64,000 bases of DNA. It comes from Candidatus Cloacimonadales bacterium (lineage in GTDB: Bacteria; Cloacimonadota; Cloacimonadia; Cloacimonadales; JAFGVF01). The notes beneath the pieces are model-generated. The model was not told the DNA's origin. It worked only from the letters and a program-made list of their open reading frames with translations, and did no database searches. A program made the translations under genes and the position numbers. How positions within the stretch are numbered: position 1 is the stretch's first letter; each line of letters opens with the position of its first letter. Shown here piece after piece: positions 60,837-64,000 of the stretch. Where the stretch lies: the NCBI GenBank assembly GCA_963677815.1, contig OY782499.1:2789252-2853251 (forward strand), in the 5' to 3' direction.

Positions 60837-61088
60837 TTAATCCCTAATTGAGCAGTAGAGCTTTAGTAATACTTCGCTAAAGCTACGTATCACAGGTGAA
60901 GAGTTCAGATTCTTTTTGCAAAATCCCCTTCTTTGATGGGGACACAGGGGGTGATTCCATAAATTCCGCATAATATATATTCTGAAGAATTATGTAAGTT
61001 ACTTTTGCAATGAGTCTTCGCTAAAGCTACGCTCTCACAAGAATAATATAGTGTTATTCTCAAAGAACTACTGCATTATTTGGGTTAA
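60837..61088 (+). mobile_element. TIR element (MITE-like) copy C, about 250 bp, occupying the whole trmB / HD-gene intergenic region
   Basis: TTAA-TCCCTAATTGAGCAGTAGAGCTTTAGTAATAC...core...CTCAAAGAACTACTGCATTATTTGGG-TTAA. Contains an internal duplication of CTTCGCTAAAGCTACG. Confidence 0.8.
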
Positions 61089-61729
61089 GTTACTTTTCTG
61101 TAAAACATGAAGATAGGTTCAAAGCCTTCAGCTCTCTTAATCTCTTCAAAGTATGTTTCGATGTGTCCTTCTTGCTTTTCATAAGTAAAAGATTTTTCAA
61201 AGAGTGAAACAAAGTCTTGCCTTTGCTTAAAATGTTCAATAATCCACTCAGAATAGCCAGGGTGGTCAGTAGCTATTTCTACCTTTCCTCCCTTTTGAAG
61301 CATTATATTTAAGGTATCTATAAAATCTTGATTTATTAAACGATATTTATGATGTTTTCTCTTTGGCCATGGATCAGGATGTTGGATATAGATGACAGGT
61401 ATTGAATTTTTAGGAATAAGTTTACTAATTTCCTTATCTACATAGTGTTTGAGAAGTCTTACATTATTATCTTCAGTTAAACTTAATTTCTTCATTATGG
61501 AAGTAATCCTATGTGGATTCAATTCTATACCAACAAAATTTATATCTCTGTTCTCTCGGCATTTTTGCGAGATAAACTCACCTTTACCAGAACCAATTTC
61601 AATATGGACTGGCTTATTATTTCCAAATATTTCAGCAAAATCAAGAAGTTGGTCTTCTTTAACTTCTATCACAAATTTCTCTTTTCTCTGCTCATAATCA
61701 GCAGGTTTTCGTATTTTTCTTCTTCCCAC
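61085..61729 (-). CDS. trmB: tRNA (guanine-N7)-methyltransferase
   Basis: HIEIGSGKGEF, GIELN, and QHPDPWPKRKHHKYRL signatures. Confidence 0.9.
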   Translation of the reverse strand: MGRRKIRKPADYEQRKEKFVIEVKEDQLLDFAEIFGNNKPVHIEIGSGKGEFISQKCRENRDINFVGIELNPHRITSIMKKLSLTEDNNVRLLKHYVDKEISKLIPKNSIPVIYIQHPDPWPKRKHHKYRLINQDFIDTLNIMLQKGGKVEIATDHPGYSEWIIEHFKQRQDFVSLFEKSFTYEKQEGHIETYFEEIKRAEGFEPIFMFYRKVT

Positions 61730-61745
61730 AATATTCCCTTATTAT

Positions 61746-62345
61746 CTATAATTCATCTTCATCATCATCTTGAAAATCTTGGATTTGCTTAGCTTGAGGT
61801 AGCTCAAAGAAAAGCAAAGCAATACCAATTGCTAAACCGACCATTAGATAAAGATTAAATCCCCTGTACATAATATCCCTAATTATATTTCTAGCAAGTG
61901 GCATCTTATTGATAGCAAATAAACCAATAAAGAAAAGTGTATGTGCAATTATCCCCCCAATAATAAAAATTACATTTTTTAATTTAAATCCATTAACCAC
62001 ATAATAAGCAAGATAGATAACTGCCATCATGAACAAGAAATAAAGGAAGTTAATTGAATATAAGGAAAAACTGTTAAATATTTCGAGCTCACTTGAAGAG
62101 TTTACGGCTGTCAAAGTAGCCATTAGAGCAACTAATAAGCCAAGATATCCCAATTTGTATTTATACAAAATGATATATAAAACATTTGGTATAACAAAGA
62201 TGCTCATCTTAATTGTTGCAGTTAGATAATTTGAGTTTTCTACTTTTCCTGTTACTGAAAAGATATAGTTGATTAACAAGAGAATAAGCAAGGGAGTAAA
62301 TATCAAAGCTAAAGCTTGAAGTGCTGGATGTATTTTACTTTGCAT
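61746..62345 (-). CDS. hypothetical polytopic membrane protein with acidic C-terminal tail
   Basis: About 6 TM helices, ending ...FQDDDEDEL. Confidence 0.5.
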   Translation of the reverse strand: MQSKIHPALQALALIFTPLLILLLINYIFSVTGKVENSNYLTATIKMSIFVIPNVLYIILYKYKLGYLGLLVALMATLTAVNSSSELEIFNSFSLYSINFLYFLFMMAVIYLAYYVVNGFKLKNVIFIIGGIIAHTLFFIGLFAINKMPLARNIIRDIMYRGFNLYLMVGLAIGIALLFFELPQAKQIQDFQDDDEDEL

Positions 62346-62499
62346 AAGATTTTCCTCAATTTATATATATTTTTTACAAAAATACTACGATATTCTAAAT
62401 TGGCAAGTTTTTTTGTTTTCAACTGATAACAGGATGCCCACAGTTCATAGTTACTAACAATTCCTTTAGGAAAAGTACTAAAAGGGCAATTACTATCAA

Positions 62500-63168
62500 T
62501 TATTTATTACGTTTTCTAATTTGGCTAATTATCTTTTGAAATTTTTTCTGAGATAGACTTTCTTTGATTTCTTTAGGCGGAAATTTCTTATCAAATTCAG
62601 CAACATCTTCAGAATCCAAAGCGAAGACTTCATCTTCCCTAAATGAACCAGATAAACCATCTAAGGAATTTGGATTTAGACCTAAGACCTGTAAGGCTGG
62701 ATTATAATAGCCATCACTAGAATAGATATCATATTTTTCTCCAGGAAGAAAAGAAAATCTTCTGTAATAATCTGGATCTCCATATATAATCACAACTTGG
62801 TAAGCAAGTTCTCTAGCTTTTTCTAATGAATATTTTATCAAGTAACTACCATAACCTTTCCCCTGATAATCAGGGTGAATACTCACTGGTCCAAAAGTAA
62901 TAACTTGGTCTACCTTTTCTTGATTAACAAGCTTCGCCTTGCTATACATGATGTTTCCAATAATCTTATCATCTTTTTTAAGAATAAAATCAAGTTCAGG
63001 AATGAAGGCAGATGATTTCCTTAAAAGATGTACTAAATAATGTTCATCACATGCAGGCACATTCACATTCCAAAAGGCCTCTCTTGTAAGGTTTTCAACA
63101 TTAGCAAAATCTTTTTCAGATTCTAATTGGATCTCTATATTCTCCATCATATTATCCTTTTGCTTCAT
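62500..63168 (-). CDS. GNAT-family N-acetyltransferase
   Basis: Acetyl-CoA motif A context IHPDYQGKGYGSYLIKYSLEKAREL. Confidence 0.75.
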   Translation of the reverse strand: MKQKDNMMENIEIQLESEKDFANVENLTREAFWNVNVPACDEHYLVHLLRKSSAFIPELDFILKKDDKIIGNIMYSKAKLVNQEKVDQVITFGPVSIHPDYQGKGYGSYLIKYSLEKARELAYQVVIIYGDPDYYRRFSFLPGEKYDIYSSDGYYNPALQVLGLNPNSLDGLSGSFREDEVFALDSEDVAEFDKKFPPKEIKESLSQKKFQKIISQIRKRNK

Positions 63169-63174
63169 TATCTA

Positions 63175-64000
63175 TTATCTATTATCTATTAATATTTTAT
63201 CTAGGATAGCTCTTAATTTATCTTGTTCAATTGGTTTGGTAACAATCTCATCCATACCAACCTGCAAGCATTTATCTCTTTCCTCTTTAGTAGCACCAGC
63301 AGTTAAGGCTAGAATTGGAGCAAGTTTATTTCTTTTTGCTTGAATTTTTCTAATTTCCTTTGTTGCTTGTAGTCCATCCATTATTGGCATTTGAACATCC
63401 ATAAGAATTAGATCAAAATGAGTGTTTTTGCAAATTTCTACAGCCTCTTTTCCATTAGTAGCAGCTTGAATTCTTGCCCCTGGTATAAGCTTATCTATGA
63501 TAGTTTTAATTAATATCATATTTAACTTAACATCTTCTGCTATAAGAATATCCTGAAGTCCCTTTTCTAAGACTTTTTTACTAGTGTGATGCCTACTTTC
63601 AGGAACTAAATTCTGAGTTTCTTTAGCAAGACCAGTCAACTCACTTTGTTGGGTACGGATATAATTAGCCTTTATAGTAAAATAGAAATTAGATCCCTTA
63701 CCGACCTCACTATCAACCTTGATTTCACCTCCCATTTTCTTCACTAGGAGATTTGAGATTGTTAAGCCAAGTCCAGTTCCCCCATATTTACGGGTGATTG
63801 AACCATCAGCTTGAGAAAAAGCAATGAAGAGTTTTTCTAATTGATTTTGAGGAATTCCAATACCAGTATCTTTGATTGAGAAAGAGAAGGAAGCTTGTTT
63901 ATCATCAATTTCCTTGTAATCAACACTAAGCACTACTTGCCCTTTTTCAGTAAATTTAATAGCATTACTTAACAAGTTTATCAAAATTTGCTTTAGTCTA
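63175..64000 (-). CDS. hybrid sensor histidine kinase/response regulator (C-terminal part; N-terminus beyond window end)
   Basis: HATPase_c N-box (L)INLLSNAIKFT, DTGIGI and GGTGLGL, then a receiver domain ILIAEDVKLN...DLILMDVQMPIMDG...TKP. The frame is open to position 64000. Confidence 0.8.
   Translation of the reverse strand, partial: RLKQILINLLSNAIKFTEKGQVVLSVDYKEIDDKQASFSFSIKDTGIGIPQNQLEKLFIAFSQADGSITRKYGGTGLGLTISNLLVKKMGGEIKVDSEVGKGSNFYFTIKANYIRTQQSELTGLAKETQNLVPESRHHTSKKVLEKGLQDILIAEDVKLNMILIKTIIDKLIPGARIQAATNGKEAVEICKNTHFDLILMDVQMPIMDGLQATKEIRKIQAKRNKLAPILALTAGATKEERDKCLQVGMDEIVTKPIEQDKLRAILDKILIDNR

Noticed and set aside
1-64000. tRNA, rRNA, tmRNA, RNase P or riboswitch genes in the intergenic regions
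   Set aside because: I scanned all intergenic gaps by eye and found no cloverleaf-compatible sequence with a GTTCRANYC-type T-loop, no rRNA-like stretch, and no recognisable riboswitch core. The GC-rich hairpins present all belong to the dispersed repeat families.

Overview
This is 64 kb of a low-GC (judged by eye), gene-dense Gram-negative chromosome, mostly transcribed on the minus strand. LPS genes and three proteins with T9SS-type C-terminal sorting domains suggest an FCB-group or Cloacimonadota-like organism; this is inference only.

Core content:
- kdsA-kdsC-lptC-like-lptA-like cluster, tag, an M19 dipeptidase and a PlpD-like patatin/Omp85 protein.
- purL, a TsaC(YrdC)-LMW-phosphatase fusion, an EnvC-like M23 protein, ygiQ, a csp gene and nth.
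- A 1390-aa C25 (gingipain-family) protease, an M14 carboxypeptidase, an acyl-ACP thioesterase, dinB and a yehS-like DUF1456 gene.
- feoB, era and miaB.
- A complete rimP-nusA-ylxR-ylxQ-infB-rbfA-nrnA-truB-ribF operon.
- An M28 protease, ndk, a Wzx-like flippase, a VOC protein, a nitrilase-family protein, a dGTPase-like HD protein, trmB, a GNAT and a partial hybrid histidine kinase.

I saw no rRNA, tRNA, CRISPR array, transposase or integrase.

Two things stand out:
1. Almost every long intergenic gap is filled by one interlinked, modular repeat repertoire, about 3.5 kb by hand tally. It includes a 63-bp unit, hairpins with conserved loops and co-varying stems, a roughly 220-bp TTAA-flanked TIR element (MITE-like) in 5 copies, and tandem arrays of 42, 50, 51, 104 and about 208 bp.
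2. An accessory segment at about 46.9-53.3 kb is bracketed by inverted copies of a 66-nt repeat module. It carries a small SAM methyltransferase translationally abutted to a PLD-nuclease/SF2-helicase/DUF3427-like fusion, two divergently oriented hypothetical genes, and a 760-bp ORF-free stretch with a near-consensus orphan promoter. This is my best candidate for an uncharacterised (defence-like) system.

All homology calls come from motif recognition by eye. No searches were run.
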